From the NCBI GenBank assembly GCA_950097015.1, contig CATNEN010000007.1:12338001-12402000 (forward strand): a stretch of 64,000 nt of DNA, written 5' to 3'. A program made the position numbers and the translations under genes. This stretch comes from Macrostomum hystrix. Lineage: Eukaryota > Animalia > Platyhelminthes. Positions 1 through 13,331 of this stretch are shown here, piece by piece (position 1 is the first letter of the stretch; each line of letters opens with the position of its first letter). The notes under the pieces are model-generated. The model did not search any database. It saw only the letters and a list, made by a program, of their open reading frames with translations, and was not told the origin of the DNA.

Positions 1-4
1 GCAT

Positions 5-378
<374 letters not shown>

Positions 379-1933
379 TTAGCTGAACTGTCAAATATTT
401 AATTACTATAAGTATTTTTAAGTTGTAGAAATGTAATGTTATGTAATAATGTTTTATTTTGCACATACCTAATTTAGAGTGTCTGAAAAAGACATTAAAA
501 AACTGTTTACTACTTAATATAAAAATGAGAAACAAAAATGTAAATAAAAAAGCTACTAGCTACTTTTCTTACAGAACAAGCATTTTTCAAATATATAGTT
601 TGGCTACAATTAGTCAACCAAAATTAAGTAACTTCATTTTTTCTTAAATATGTATAATTGCTTTGTTCTATTAGTTCCAATGATTTACACTAATGTGCTT
701 AGGAATAAGTAAACTTGGCTCTTTTTATGAAAATTACATATAATTCACTAATTCAGGTAGAACAAAAGTATTGTCATTGAAGCTATAAATTTGCTAAAAT
801 AGCTATAATCCCATAATTCTTCAATTAAATCACCAATTGTCATTGACAACAAACAGGCTTTGATACTAGAAAACTCACTTTTCAGACTTTTCAGAGTCAA
901 ACTAAAAACCATTGAATTAGCCTAGGAAAAGTAGAGTCAAAGTATTGAGCCTCTGTCACCATGATTTGGTGGAGCACCTACCTCCCAATCTGAACCTATG
1001 TGACCAATTTATGTTCCTTTGGCTGAAGAACACACTCTAGGACATAAACTTCAATAGCTGTCAAGAGGTTGCAAAGTATCTCCAAAAGTGACTAGTTGGA
1101 TCAGCTCTTAGACCATTGCTAGTGCATGATTGCAAACAAAGAACACTATGTTACTTAGTGTTACTATGTTAGAGTTTACTAGTTTGTTTATCAGGAGGTA
1201 CCAACAACAAAACTTTTATTCCATGTGTAGAATAACTTTTACCAAGCAGCCTTCTTACTAGGCCTATCCTTCTTTGTATTTTAGCTATGCTTTTCTATAA
1301 CTAAACTACTTAACAACTTATCTAAAAAATTATATAACTAAATAGATTATAAAAGCAGTAGCATATAACTTTAAAAAACTATTATTTAAAAAAGTAGAAA
1401 ATTTAAATAGGCCTAATCTGATTAAGTTTTGGGATAATAATGTTTTAGATTAACTTATCAGAAATACAACTTAAAATTAAATTTAAAAAATGTTTTTTAC
1501 TGGCAGCAACTGTCAGTAATATTCAGGGATATTATTTTAATTATTTTAATTTGTTAAAATAAAAATAAGATAACAAAGCTATTATGTTTTTTTATGATAA
1601 CCATTGGCTATTGGCAAATTGGAACATTATAAATTAGTGGCATTTCTCAAAGCAAAAGGCAATTAAATGCTTGCTTGATTAAAAATATTGTAGCTTACAA
1701 TATACTACCCTCATTGGTGAGGTTTAAAATATAATTGGGGAAAATAAACAATAAAAAACTAGTTAGTAACAGTAACAGTAATACATGCATTAAAGTTAAT
1801 GCAGAAGAGTAAAAACTGAAAAAAAGAAGTAAATTGGCAAGTTTTTGTATACTATAGATGTTTAAAAAGGTTTAATAAGGGGGCTTGACTTTTGAAACCC
1901 AGCTCAAAAGTAAAATTAAAAAATTATATCTAA

Positions 1934-2465
1934 CGTATCTATGTATGTATAAGTATGAGCTAGGCTCAGGCCTAACTTGTTAGAAATATCTGAATTATAA
2001 AGTATTACGAACTAAATAAGAGTTTAAGGACGAACATGCTATTAAATATCTCAACGATACCAATAAGTTGACTAGCAACTTTCTGCGACTTTTATAGTGT
2101 AGTAGTCTTCACAAAAAAACAAATTGCGTGGTCGCCAACTAGACCCTAAGATAAAATATTGAAGAAAGTCACACGAGACTCGAAATAAAAGTGCACATTA
2201 CTTGTAAACAAGAGGCTTCGTCACAAATAGATTGCAAATGCTAGTAAAATAGTTTTAAATAGGTTTTTAGTTTAAAATTACTTGATGTTTTAGCTGTTAA
2301 AGTAACATATTTTCTCGTTTAAATTGGATTTGTTAATATTTTCAAACCTCGAAGTTGCATTAACTTTTGTGCGTGATTTGAATTTCACTTTTTGCAAGAA
2401 ACAGACGCATAATTATTTAAAACATAGTAGTATAACATTTCTTCATCACATGTAAAGTTTTTTAA
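1934..2465. promoter_or_regulatory. Putative bidirectional AT-rich promoter between AMPK (minus) and NECAB (plus)
   Basis: Lies between divergent genes. AT-rich but CpG-containing, unlike the CpG-free block to its left. A possible AMPK 5'UTR donor (caa|gtaatg on the minus strand) lies near 2199. Confidence 0.5.
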
Positions 2466-5400
2466 ATGGCCTTTAAAAAAGATTGTCACACGAAGGCTGA
2501 TCTCGATCTTTGCATTTTTCATGACATCTTTCGTCGAGCTGATAAAAATGGTGAGTTTTTGTACATCAAGTGATGTTGAGCGTTCGATCGTTAGCCACAT
2601 TGCCCAAGTGTGACACATTTCCACTTGAACAGTGAATATGACTCATCATCCCGTTTCTGTAAGAATAAAATCGGCAAAAAGGCTATATATTACGAAAAAA
2701 ATACATATTCTACTCATTTAAAGAAGCGAAAATGAATTTGTTTCTTTAGTGCGGCAAGTGGGTTGAATAAATTATGCTAATGCTTGCAGTTAATTAGTGA
2801 AATTCACATCACGCATTCACCCATCACGCATTCACCCATCACGCTCTCGAAGATGATGGTGCGATCTCATGGGCCGAGTTTGTTTGTTACTTCTCTGACG
2901 GAATCATGACTGACGATGGCATGCGGGCGCTCTTCAGTGAGATTGACACTCACCATTCCAAGTAAGATAATGCTTTCTTCGAGCCAGTTGCTAAAACTTT
3001 CAGTAAATTTTATAACTTCATTGAAGCCCCACGTGGAACCTTCCAGCAACATCGACACCCAAGAGCTGTGCAGCTACTTCTCATCCCATCTCGGCACGCA
3101 TGCTCCGGTGTTCAAGGCCGCAGCGGCACTGTGTAACGCTGTCTCGCTGTCCATGAAGTCTCTGGCTGAGACCCACCCAACAGTCAGCCCGGCCGCCCAG
3201 TTCATCGACCGCTTCCTACTGCGCGAGATCTGTGCCCACCTGGAGGCTCAGCACCGCGTCCTTAGGAACGCCCTTGACAGCCTAGAAAGCCAGGGCCGCG
3301 CCAGAGCTTCCATCGGCACTGGCGAGGCACCAGAAGCTTCAGCGGCCGCTTCCATAGCCGCTGCTGCTTCTGCCAACTGTCAAGGCGTTGTTCTGCCTTA
3401 CAAGCGGCTGATGTCAGCGCCCTCCAGCCTACAGCAGCATCAGGACTCGCAGAAGCAGCAGCTGCACCTTCCGATGTCACAGGTCGAGTCTGCCGGCCGG
3501 CTTCAGCAGGAGGTACAGAAGCTGCAGCAGCTGGTGGACAGGATGGAAGCCAAGACCGCCTTCTTCACTGGCCGAAGCGAGGAGACCGTCATGGACGAAG
3601 AAGAGCCTGTGGTGAGTGCACGGTTCAGCAGTGCTCCAGAATTCGGTGAAAACCAGATTTCTTTTCAAGCCGAAATATTCTGCGCTTGAATCAATCATGC
3701 CATCTACATCTGCAAATCCACTCCCAGATTAAAAGAGCCAGAACATGCTTTTGCTGTCTTTCTCAATCCACTTGAAGCCCAGCAGGTCTGTGTCTCGGGA
3801 TTAGAAGAGTTTAGAAGAGAGCAGCTAATCCACAACCCGAGTCCTGATCCTCATTCGCCCTTGGGCGAAGCCTCGCCCATGCAGCCTCTCCATTGCAGTC
3901 TGGCGAAATCCATTTTTCGAAAAAAACTTACTGAGCGCCTTTTAGCAAACGGTGCGGGAGGATCCTTGCGCGCGCTGTCACTGACTAAGTTTTTAACAAA
4001 ATTCAGTTCCTCGAGCGGCTCGGCTGCTGATTAGCCGTGCGGCCAGTCAGCCCGCCTAATTAGAAAATTGCCCTGCCGCTCATCCAGTCACCCCGCCTCG
4101 TCTCATTTTGCGTCCGTCTCGACTTTCTCTTCTCGAGCGCTCGATTGCTGCGGCCCGTGAAGCAAATTCAATTTTCCCTTTCCAACGGGAGTGTCAAAAC
4201 CTGCCTCCGGGAAACTTGTTAGTACGGCCTGCTCCCCGCCCAGCCACCGCTCCAGCGGATTAGGGATGAGACCGCGGCTGAATCAAGGGGTCCACGGTTC
4301 GAACTCACGGGGAGCGGAGCGGCTACTCACGAATTTGCAAGAATTTTGAGCGGTCGCTGCATTGCTGTCAGCTGGTCACTACACGGCACAGCACTTAGCC
4401 CGCCCTCCCTGTCCTCTTTATCGCCGGCCACCGCTGCCCAGAGACCCCGAATTCGGGCCTCCAGGCCAGCCTGGAGGGAAGGCCGAATCAATTTCCCGCT
4501 TGAAAAAGTCCCCGAGATCTTTCGCCATCCGCCCAAGACCGACGCGCGACCGCCTCGCGACGGTCGCAGGCAGGCAAAGTTCGAAGCCCCTTTTGATCAA
4601 TAAATAATTGATCGACATGGGGACGGACGGGCCGCTCAGCTCCTGTCCCTTTCCGCCTCCTCACAGAAGTTGCAGCAGCCGCCACGCCAAGCCAGTACCC
4701 AAGCAGCCACTGCCTTCAACGAGAAACAAGAATTGATTAGCAGCGGCGGCTGGCGTGTGGAAAACGGCCTCCAATTTCTCTTCCCGCCCTCGTAAAACTT
4801 CTGCAAGCGGTTTCAATCCCCGCTTGCTACTCGAATGAGCCGCCACGAGACTGCACCGCCCGGCTGGCTGTCTGTTGCCGCGCCCGTGTCTCCCGGCCGT
4901 GTTAAGTCCGCTTGACTGGAGCCTTGTGGGGAAGTCGCATTCGGGAAGTGAAGGGACGGTAGGCAGGAACAGGTAGGCGGTGCGGGTGGCAATTAGGCGC
5001 TCCAACTGTCCTTCGTGAGAGTGAGCCCGTCCAGATCAAGCCACCCCTGCCCCACTTTATGTCGCCTTTGCCTCGGCCCGCCCGCTTCCTTCCCGGATCC
5101 CCTCTGATCCCTGCCCGTCTCTAATTGCGCCAGCGAGTCCCGCAAACTCCCCAGTGCGAGCTCGTACAGCGTGCGAGCAGGGCTGCCGCTCAGTCCGCAC
5201 CGCGGCTTGTTGACCCAACAGATTTTCTGTCTGGCCATCGTCTGCAGGCCTCTCAAAGCTGGCGGGGGTCGCAGCCGGCCTCCGGCTCCCTCTTCTCTCT
5301 TTGATCTGCAGGTCCAGGAGGGCGCAGCGAGGGCGCAGGAGAGAACGCCCGGCAACGAGCCTTCGAGCCTCTTGCCCAGATTTTTTCCTGCCCGCCCAGT

Positions 5401-7714
5401 TTGTTTGCGGGGCCGGCTGAAGTAGCGATTTCTTGGAAAATGCAGCGGGCGGAGCCCGCGGCGGCCAGTGGGTGAAAGCCGAGCGCCGGCCCCGAGCGAG
5501 TCGGAAAATGTGAAGCCGCCCTGCCCTCATCTCCGTTTCTCTTTCTGCAGCTCCCTGCCAGCCTGTTAAAAGGGCCGCCCGCGCCCCCCGCCTTTCAGAG
5601 GCCTTCTCCGCGCTGCTCAGACTCCAAATCAGCTCACGCGACTGACGGCTCTTGTTTGCCCGGCGTTTTTATCCTCCCCGCTTCTCTGCCCCTCACTGTC
5701 TCTGAGAGATTGCCTGCCGAGCTTCATATTGCAGACCCATCTAGGCCATCTCCTGGCTCATCAAAACTGCCAGCTCAGTTGGGGCGGAATCTGAGAACTC
5801 CATGACAGGGAGAGCGGAGGAAGGGTCAACAAGGACCAGTGCCAGGGCGTGAAAAAGGGCCGACTGAATAACAGGGTAGCACGTTAATCCAGCTGCCGGG
5901 TCATTAGCCCTACTACCCGTTGATAATCCCTAACTGCAGGGTGATAATCCCCACGGCCGGGTGATAATCCCAACTGCCGGGTGATAATCCCAACTGTCGG
6001 GTGATAATCCCAACTTTTGGTTGATAATCCCCACTGCTGGGTGATAATCCCCACTGCTGGGTGATAATCCCCACTGCTGGGTGATAATCCCCACTGCTGG
6101 GTGATAATTCCCACTACCGGGTGATAATCCCAACTGCCGTGGGATAATCCCTAATGCTGTGTCATGATCCCCAATGATGTGCGGTATTGTATAACCTATT
6201 AGATATCCCTACGTCAATGTGATAGCAGTGCCGCATCCCACCTGTTCCGCTGCAGTCCTACCCCAAGCAATAATCCCCAGGCTAAGTAAGTCCGTGCACT
6301 TTAGCGCAGCCGGTGGCCCTCAGCAGTGCAGCAGCGCGGACTGCCGCAGCTTGATTGACATCGGCCTGGAGCAGCGCTAATAGCCGTGCATTCCCAGGCC
6401 TACCAAATTTTTCCATTATCTGAAAGCCAGCAGCCGTTCCCAACTGCCTCATCGATGCCCCCATGCGCTGACCGGCCTTGCAGCTTCCGCGGCCAGTGGC
6501 CCGAATCGCCGCTTTTTCTTCTAGCATTGTTGCTGTTGTGCGGCTTGCGAGACAGCTAAGTCACTCAGCACGAATCAATGCTTGTTTGTGACCCCGGCTG
6601 TGACCATGAGCGTATTTAATGACCATGAGCATTTTTTATGACCATGACTTTTCTCTGATCATCCTATGATCTTCAGCTCCCGTTCATGATCCTGAGCTCC
6701 CGTTCATAATCCTGGGCTCCTGTTCATGATCATGGGCTCTCGATTATGATCCTGGGCTCCCGTTCATGATCCTGGGCTCTTGCTTATGACCCTGAGCTCC
6801 AGTTAAGTTTTTTATCTGCGTTTGATAGCAGAATGCTGTTTCTATGGTCTGTTTTCAGCCGTGCTCTCTGACCCCTTTTCAATCCACTTTCCGCGACCTC
6901 CCGCAGATTCTGGTGGTGCGGCGCCGCGTGACGGTGCAGGACGAGCAGCTGAGCAGCCTCCGGGCGGCGCTGAAGAAATACGCGGCTGAGCTGGACGGCC
7001 GCGTGCCTCAGTGCCTGTTGTGCGTTTTTTCTCGCGGTCGCGGTTCCCTGAAGTCCCCGGTCCCCGATTTCCAACATTCCCCTATTCGGTCGATCATGAG
7101 TTTTCCCATCGCTTTGTTATCACACAATTTTTCCCAATTTCCAGAGTTGAGAACCGAACATCCAAGTATTTTTTATTTCAACAAGTCCCTAATCGGTCCG
7201 GTCGGAGTCTTCGATCCCGTGGCCAGAGTTGTCAGCTGCCTCAGGGCAATGCAATCCCCATCCTCCCCTAACCCCATTGTTCCCTAGCCATATCCCCACC
7301 CAGGCAAGGTGAGGGGGAAACTTCACACCCCCACTCGCAACGGCGTCTCCAGAACTGGCTGGCGGGTTGGGTGCAGAATGAGAAAGTGGAGAAGGCGACG
7401 GGGAGAGGGCGGTGCGGAGCAGACAATGAGAGACAGCTGCCCCTTGGCTTCTCCTATCGATTACTGATGCTCCCCTTCCTTTTCCGTGCCCTCTCCGCCA
7501 CCGCCTTGGCGCTGCTCGGTGCACTTTTATCCAGCAGCTGGCGTGGCTGTCAGTCCGGTGATCCGGTGGCTGGGGCGGGTCGGGCAGCTCGAACACTTTT
7601 TTTCACGCGTGTTGACTGCACCAGAGAGAGCAAACTAACTGAGCGCCGGCTGGCACTTGCCGCTTCTGCTGCTACTGCTGCTGTTGCTTCTGCTCTTGCT
7701 GCTGTTGCTGTTGC

Positions 7715-7746
<32 letters not shown>

Positions 7747-7816
7747 TTGCTGTTGCTGCTGCTGCTGCTGCTGCTGCTTCTACTGCTGCTGCTGTTGCTG
7801 CTGCTGTTGCTGTTGT

Positions 7817-7869
<53 letters not shown>

Positions 7870-10800
7870 TTGTTGTTGTTCGCCGCCACCTCGGCATTGC
7901 GGTCCCCCGGTCACTGGGGGACCTTGGAGGCTCGGGCCGCACAAGGTACGGCCCGGCCCATTGTCCCGCCCGTCCAACAGTGGTCCCAGCCGTGGTGGTT
8001 GCACCGGCGCAAGGCTCACAGTTGTTATCCTCACGGCTGAGACTTGTGGGTGGGCTTGCCGCTGGGCCACCGGGATCATCCCCTGCTGCAGGTGACGGTA
8101 ATTCCGGCGTTCGTGTCCTTAGCCAGAGGACCTCCCACCCGACACCTGACAATCCAGCTCCAGCGGCCAGCCCCGTTGGGGTCTAGCTGGAGTCTGGAAC
8201 TGCTCGGAGGTCAACCGGAAGTCGGGCTGTTGCTGCTGCTGCTTTTGCTGCTGCTGCTTTTATGGGAAACGAAGACACGCTCTCTTGGAGAGAGCAAAAA
8301 GCTGATCCTGCAAATGCACTGCGGACATCGTAATCAGGACTCACCGCGGCAGCTGCACTGTGTAGCAGCATTGTGGGAGGTTGCTTGACAGAGAGAGGCT
8401 GCTTGACAGATGAGAGTAGCTGCTTGACAGTGTCAAACAGTCCGTGAGTTTGCTCAGCCATCTCACCCTGGCAACTCGGCTTGAGCAGCGTCGCTGTAGA
8501 CCCCGTTGGCCCCAGTTGCCAGCCAATAAATTTTTGCATTTATTAATTTCGAGCCGGGCTGCTCACGCGGGGGTCGCGAAATAAACGAATGCGTGACCGA
8601 ATCCCCCGAGCAGCCAGTGGCATCGGCCACATCAAACTGAAATCCCACAGGAGGCCCCTGAGCCTAATGTAATTCCGCAGCGTAATCCCTTCAAAATACT
8701 CTGCGGGCTGTGCACAGGGGACGGGGCAGATTTTTGAGGCACCGAGACCCGCTGCCAGTCAGCCGGGCAGGGGGCGATGAGAGAGGATTTCAGAGCGACT
8801 GGGCCAGTGGGATCGGGGGGCGACAGTCGAGTGCCGAAAAACTGGGGCCCGCAGCCTCCGTCAGGTCGGGGCGCATTGTGGGCAGCCCAGCTGTCGTCGG
8901 CCAGGGGAAAGCGGGGAGTTCGGGGCAGTTGCTGATTTCCATTTTCCCTGACTGTCCCCTTCACTCCGCGCTGTCTGTCTCCTCGCTGCCCCGTCTCATT
9001 CTCCCCCCTTTAACTTTTCTCCCTCGCTCTCAAATTTTCCGGTTCTTTCGAGGGTGCATTTTCCCGCATCCAGCCGGCCCCCTGGAAGCAGGGGATTCCT
9101 GCAGGCCCGGCAAAGCAGAAAAAGGCTTTGACGAGGGCAGTTCCGGCGGCCGTTGTGAGCGAAATTGCGCCTACGAATTATCATAATTAGTGGGGAATCG
9201 AAGTCCCCTTCCTGTGGCCAACTGGCCTCAACCCCCTCCCTCTTATCTCTTAAAGAATACTCCGCGGGGAATCCCCAAGGGAAGGCGACGTCGGGAAGAA
9301 AGTTGAGGTTAGCGATCCCAAAAGCGCACGCAATCCGCCGCGGCTCGTTTGCATCCGCTGAGAAATCCCAACCCGAAATCCCGAGCTGCTCAAGGTGCGC
9401 CCGGTGGGAGTTTTATCCTCAGCCCTGCCTCGCTGCACGGGGAGAAGCGGGAAGAAACAAACTAAAAAAGACAAGTCAGACGGAGGGGAAGACAGCGGAG
9501 AAAACCCGCGCAAACCGCCCGCCTGGCTTCGCTGTCGGCCCCGACCTGGTCCGGGCGCGTTTCTAGGAAAACAAAGCACTTTTCAGGCGCCCCGGAATCC
9601 CCGCGGCCTTCCAGCTAGCCCGAGCCGCTGCTTAACTGCCCACAGGTGCTGGCCCAGCCTTGGAGTTTTTCCCCTCTCTCAATCCCTGGGCTCCGATGGG
9701 ACGCGAACCCGGGCCGCCTGTTCCAGTCCATTTTGTTTGCGCAAAACCTTTTTTACATTTATTCTTCGTTTTTCAGAAAAAGAATGCTGCCCTCAGTCTG
9801 ATGGCAGCAATGGGTTTCTGAAGTAGCGACTTTCCTGGCCCCATTGTCGGTAGGAATTGCCGCTCATTTTCCCGGAAGGGAAGCAGCCAAAATATAAAAA
9901 TTCCCTGGAACGACAAAAATGGCTTAAGTGCCACTTTTGAGTTCCTTTCGCACCTTGCACCTGAGACTAGCTCTGAGACTCCGGATTGTTTCCGCCATGC
10001 TCTCAATGCTAAATCCCACATCCCCTCCTCCCTCACCGGTCTCTGGGCGCGCTTCCGCAGCTCTCAAAGAGAGTCTGTGCTCAACTGCTTCTCACACTGC
10101 CCCCTACTTCGGCCCGCACTGTAGCCTGAGCTGTCGCGTCTACCGCGAGACCGGCGGCCTCGTCATGTACGAGTTCTGGGAGTCGCTGGGCAGCTGGCGG
10201 AAGTTCCTGCCCTGCCCGGTCAGCAAGGAGCTGCGGAAGTGCATTGTGGACTGCTCGGAGGCCCCTGAGAGCACCGAGACTCTCCTGCTGCCGTGTAAGT
10301 GCGCCAGTCGAATAAGACATCAACTACTCATAGTAGAGAGTTAGGGTGCGAATCCAGTCTATAATCAGTGTGCGACAGGCAAGTGTGCTTGCACTTTTCG
10401 TAGCAGAAGTTTTATGCAAGGCCCATTGCAGCACAAGGACATTGCACTGGAGATCGCATCGGACATCAGTGGGGGAATCTTGGAAGACCAACCCTCCCTC
10501 CCCACCTCACCCTTCTCTCGCTATCAATCTCACCTTCTCTACCTCTACACTCACCCTTCTCTCCCACCCCATCTCTCCCTTCTCTCCCTCCCCATCTCTC
10601 CCTTCTCTCCCTCCCCATCTCTCCCTTCTCTCCCTCCCCATCTCTCCCTTCTCTCCCTCCCCATCTCTCCCTTCTCTCCCTCCCCATCTCTCCCTTCTCT
10701 CCCTCCCCATCTCTCCCTTCTCTCCCTCCCCATCTCTCCCTTCTCTCCCTCCCCATCTCTCCCTTCTCTCCCTCCCCATCTCTCCCTTCTCTCCCTCCCC

Positions 10801-11124
10801 ATCTCTCCCTTCTCTCCCTCCCCATCTCTCCCTTCTCTCCCTCCCCATCTCTCCCTTCTCTCCCTCCCCATCTCTCCCTTCTCTCCCTCATCTCACACAC
10901 CTCACACACCTCACATACCTCACATACCTCACACACCTCACATACGTCACACACCTCACATACCTCACATACGTCACGCACCTCACATGCTCAATTAGTC
11001 GTGATTCCTGTGTTTCCTAGATTCACGCAGAACTTCTCTCGCGCGCTCTGCTACTCACAGTAGTCTAAATGGAATTATTTTAACTGGCCTTTCAGTGGAA
11101 TGGTGGAAGCAGCTGGAGCACTGA
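2466..11124 (+). CDS. NECAB: NECAB-family N-terminal EF-hand calcium-binding protein (2 EF-hands, coiled region, C-terminal ABM domain); join(2466..2550,2853..2961,3047..3611,6907..7019,10125..10294,11096..11124), 356 aa
   Basis: Exons splice in phase with GT-AG introns (1071 nt). Product: MAFKKD...[29 protein letters not shown]...[27 protein letters not shown]...QFIDRFLLRE...LQQLVDRMEAK...ILVVRRRVTV...VMYEFWES...ETLLLPLEWWKQLEH*. These match NECAB1-3 motifs as I recall them ([39 protein letters not shown], WW near the C-terminus). Confidence 0.92.
5920..6151. repeat. ~20-bp minisatellite (gggtgataatccccactgct) in NECAB intron 3
   Basis: About 11 copies, degenerate at the edges. Confidence 0.9.
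6600..6800. repeat. Degenerate ~20-bp minisatellite (atgatcctgggctcccgttc)
   Basis: Repeated catgatcct/gagctcc units just upstream of NECAB exon 4. Confidence 0.7.
7665..7880. repeat. Interrupted (GCT/GTT)n trinucleotide tract in NECAB intron 4
   Basis: About 70 triplets; produces spurious poly-A/L/Q/S ORFs. Confidence 0.95.
10555..10890 (+). repeat. 23-bp polypyrimidine minisatellite (ccccatctctcccttctctccct), followed by a 9-bp cacacctca repeat to ~10990
   Basis: About 14 near-perfect copies in NECAB intron 5. Confidence 0.95.
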
Positions 11125-11316
11125 GCAACTGAACTCGCTGGAGACGCTGGAACTCGTGCAGCTAGAATTTAACTGAGTCTGGCTACCAGAGCTCGCAGCC
11201 AGCAGTCCTGAGGTGGCCGGACTGAGTAGGACTGCTCCAGTTGATATTTGTCTGCTTAGACGACTGCGCCGCTGTGACTCGATGACAATCAAGACTTTTG
11301 CTTTTGTTTCATGCCT

Positions 11317-11322
11317 AATAAA
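11317..11322 (+). other. Candidate polyadenylation signal of NECAB
   Basis: AATAAA about 190 nt after the stop codon. Confidence 0.55.
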
Positions 11323-11417
11323 TGCAGCCTCAGTTGAAACAAATTCCCCAATCCCTTAGGGAGTCTTGTAAGCAGGCTTTAGACAAAATATAGAGATAAG
11401 TGTGGGAAGTAAAGTGT

Positions 11418-12410
11418 AGAGAAGGGTGAGATGGGGTGGGAGAGAAGGGAGAGATGGGGAGGGAGAGAAGGGAGAGATGGGGAGGGAGAGAAGGGTGAGA
11501 TGGGGTGGGAGAGAAGGGAGAGATGGGAGAGATGAGGAGGGAGAGAAGGGAGAGATGGATAGGGAGAGAAGGGTGAGATGAGGAGGGAGAGAAGGGTGAG
11601 ATGAGGAGGGAGAGAAGGGAGAGATGGATAGGGAGAGAAGGGTGAGTTGAGGAGGGAGAGAAGGGTGAGATGAGGAGGGAGAAAAGGGTGAGTTGCGGAG
11701 GGAGAGAAGGGAGAGATGGATAGGGAGAGAAGGGTGAGTTGAGGAGGGAGAGAAGGGTGAGATGAGGAGGGAGAAAAGGGTGAGTTGCGGAGGGAGAGAA
11801 GGGAGAGATGGATAGGGAGAGAAGGGTGAGATGAGGAGGGAGAGAAGGGTGAGATGAGGAGGGAGAGAAGGGTGAGATGAGGAGGGAGAGAAGGGAGAGA
11901 TGGATAGGGAGAGAAGGGTGAGATGAGGAGGGAGAGAAGGGTGAGATGAGGAGGGAGAGAAGGGTGAGATGAGGAGGGAGAGAAGGGAGAGATGGATAGG
12001 GAGAGAAGGGTGAGTTGAGGAGGGAGAGATGGGAGAAATGAGGAGGGAGAGAAGGGTGAGATGAGGAGGGAGAGAAGGGAGAGATGGATAGGGAGAGAAG
12101 GGTGAGATGAGGAGGGAGAGAAGGGTGAGATGAGGAGGGAGAGAAGGGTGAGATGAGGAGGGAGAGAAGGGAGAGATGGATAGGGAGAGAAGGGTGAGTT
12201 GGAGAGGGAGAGAAGGGTGAGTTGAGGAGGGAGAGAAGGGTGAGTTGAGGAGGGAGAGAAGGGTGAGATGCGGAGGGAGAGATGGATAGGGAGAGAAGGG
12301 TGAGTTGAGGAGGGAGAGAAGGGTGAGATGCGGAGGGAGAGAAGGGAGAGATGGATAGGGAGAGAAGGGTGAGATGAGGAGGGAGAGAAGGGAGAGATGA
12401 GGAGGGAGAT
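11418..12410 (-). repeat. 23-bp polypurine minisatellite, reverse complement of the 10555-10890 array
   Basis: Units gggagagaagggagagatgggga / gggagagaagggtgagatgagga, about 40 copies. Confidence 0.95.
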
Positions 12411-13155
12411 CAGTAGCAGTGGAAGGCATGCACTGTGAAGCGCAGGGGATGGCTTTGAAAGCGAGGCGGATGAAGGCAGGCGGAGGCTGGGAGCAGCGCC
12501 AGCGGAGCGGGCCATCGTACGCATCGCTGGCTGCTCAGCCTTGGAGGCCAGCCAGCCGGCTGCAGGCCAGAGCCGCGCAGCTTTTGACATGGCGGAGCCG
12601 GCAGCAAAGAAGCCGATGAGAACCTGCCCCTTGTTCACCGGCACTGCTGCTTAATTAATGCCTTTTTCCCCTAAAAGAGAAAAAGCAACGCAAACAGGCC
12701 AGAGGCAGCTTCAATCGAATCTTTGCCGGGATCGAGTCCGCGTCCCGCCCCGCTCCGCTGCGCGAGTTGAGCAGAATGTCGGGGTGGAGAGCCTTCAGTG
12801 CCGCCCCCGGCTTCCGCCACAAAAGCTGCCGCCTCTGCCAGGGAAATGAGGCCCGCAGATTGCATCGGTACAGGCGGGCAACAATGAGTCTGAGAGCTTT
12901 GATCTACGCGCCACTGCGGGCTCTGTGGGACAGGCTGTCATTGATTTGCAAAATATAATCTTTTTTCTCTGTTTAATTTCTCCAGTTGATTGCCGCCAGA
13001 TTAAACAAACGGATTTAGGCCCATTCGGGACAGAAGTCTGAGCTCCACCAGCTGACAAGATCTCCTATTAATTGGGCTTGGAACAGGGGACTCCCACAGA
13101 TGCGGCGATAGCACTCCATCCAGCAATGCTGCTTGCCTAGACCAACGCTCACAAT

Positions 13156-13331
13156 AGCTCACTGACAGCCAGCTCACTGACAGCCAGCTCACTGACAGCA
13201 AGCTCACTGACAGCCAGCTCACTGACGCCCAGCTCACTGACAGCCAGCTCACTGACAGCCAGCTCACTGACAGCCAGCTCACTGACGCCCAGCTCACTGA
13301 CACCCAGCTCACTGACACCCAGCTCACTGAC
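13156..13331. repeat. 15-bp minisatellite (cagctcactgacagc)
   Basis: About 11 copies. Confidence 0.95.

Noticed and set aside
2916-3689. Single-exon 257-aa gene as given in the ORF track
   Set aside because: It is NECAB exon 3 (3047-3611) plus flanking intron and out-of-frame exon sequence.
4285-4320. tRNA gene around ggttcgaactc
   Set aside because: Isolated B-box-like motif; I could not fold a cloverleaf or find an A-box.
7371-8186. Nested poly-Ala or poly-Gln gene in the NECAB intron
   Set aside because: The ORF is held open by the trinucleotide tract and GC-rich DNA; no domain or convincing exon structure.
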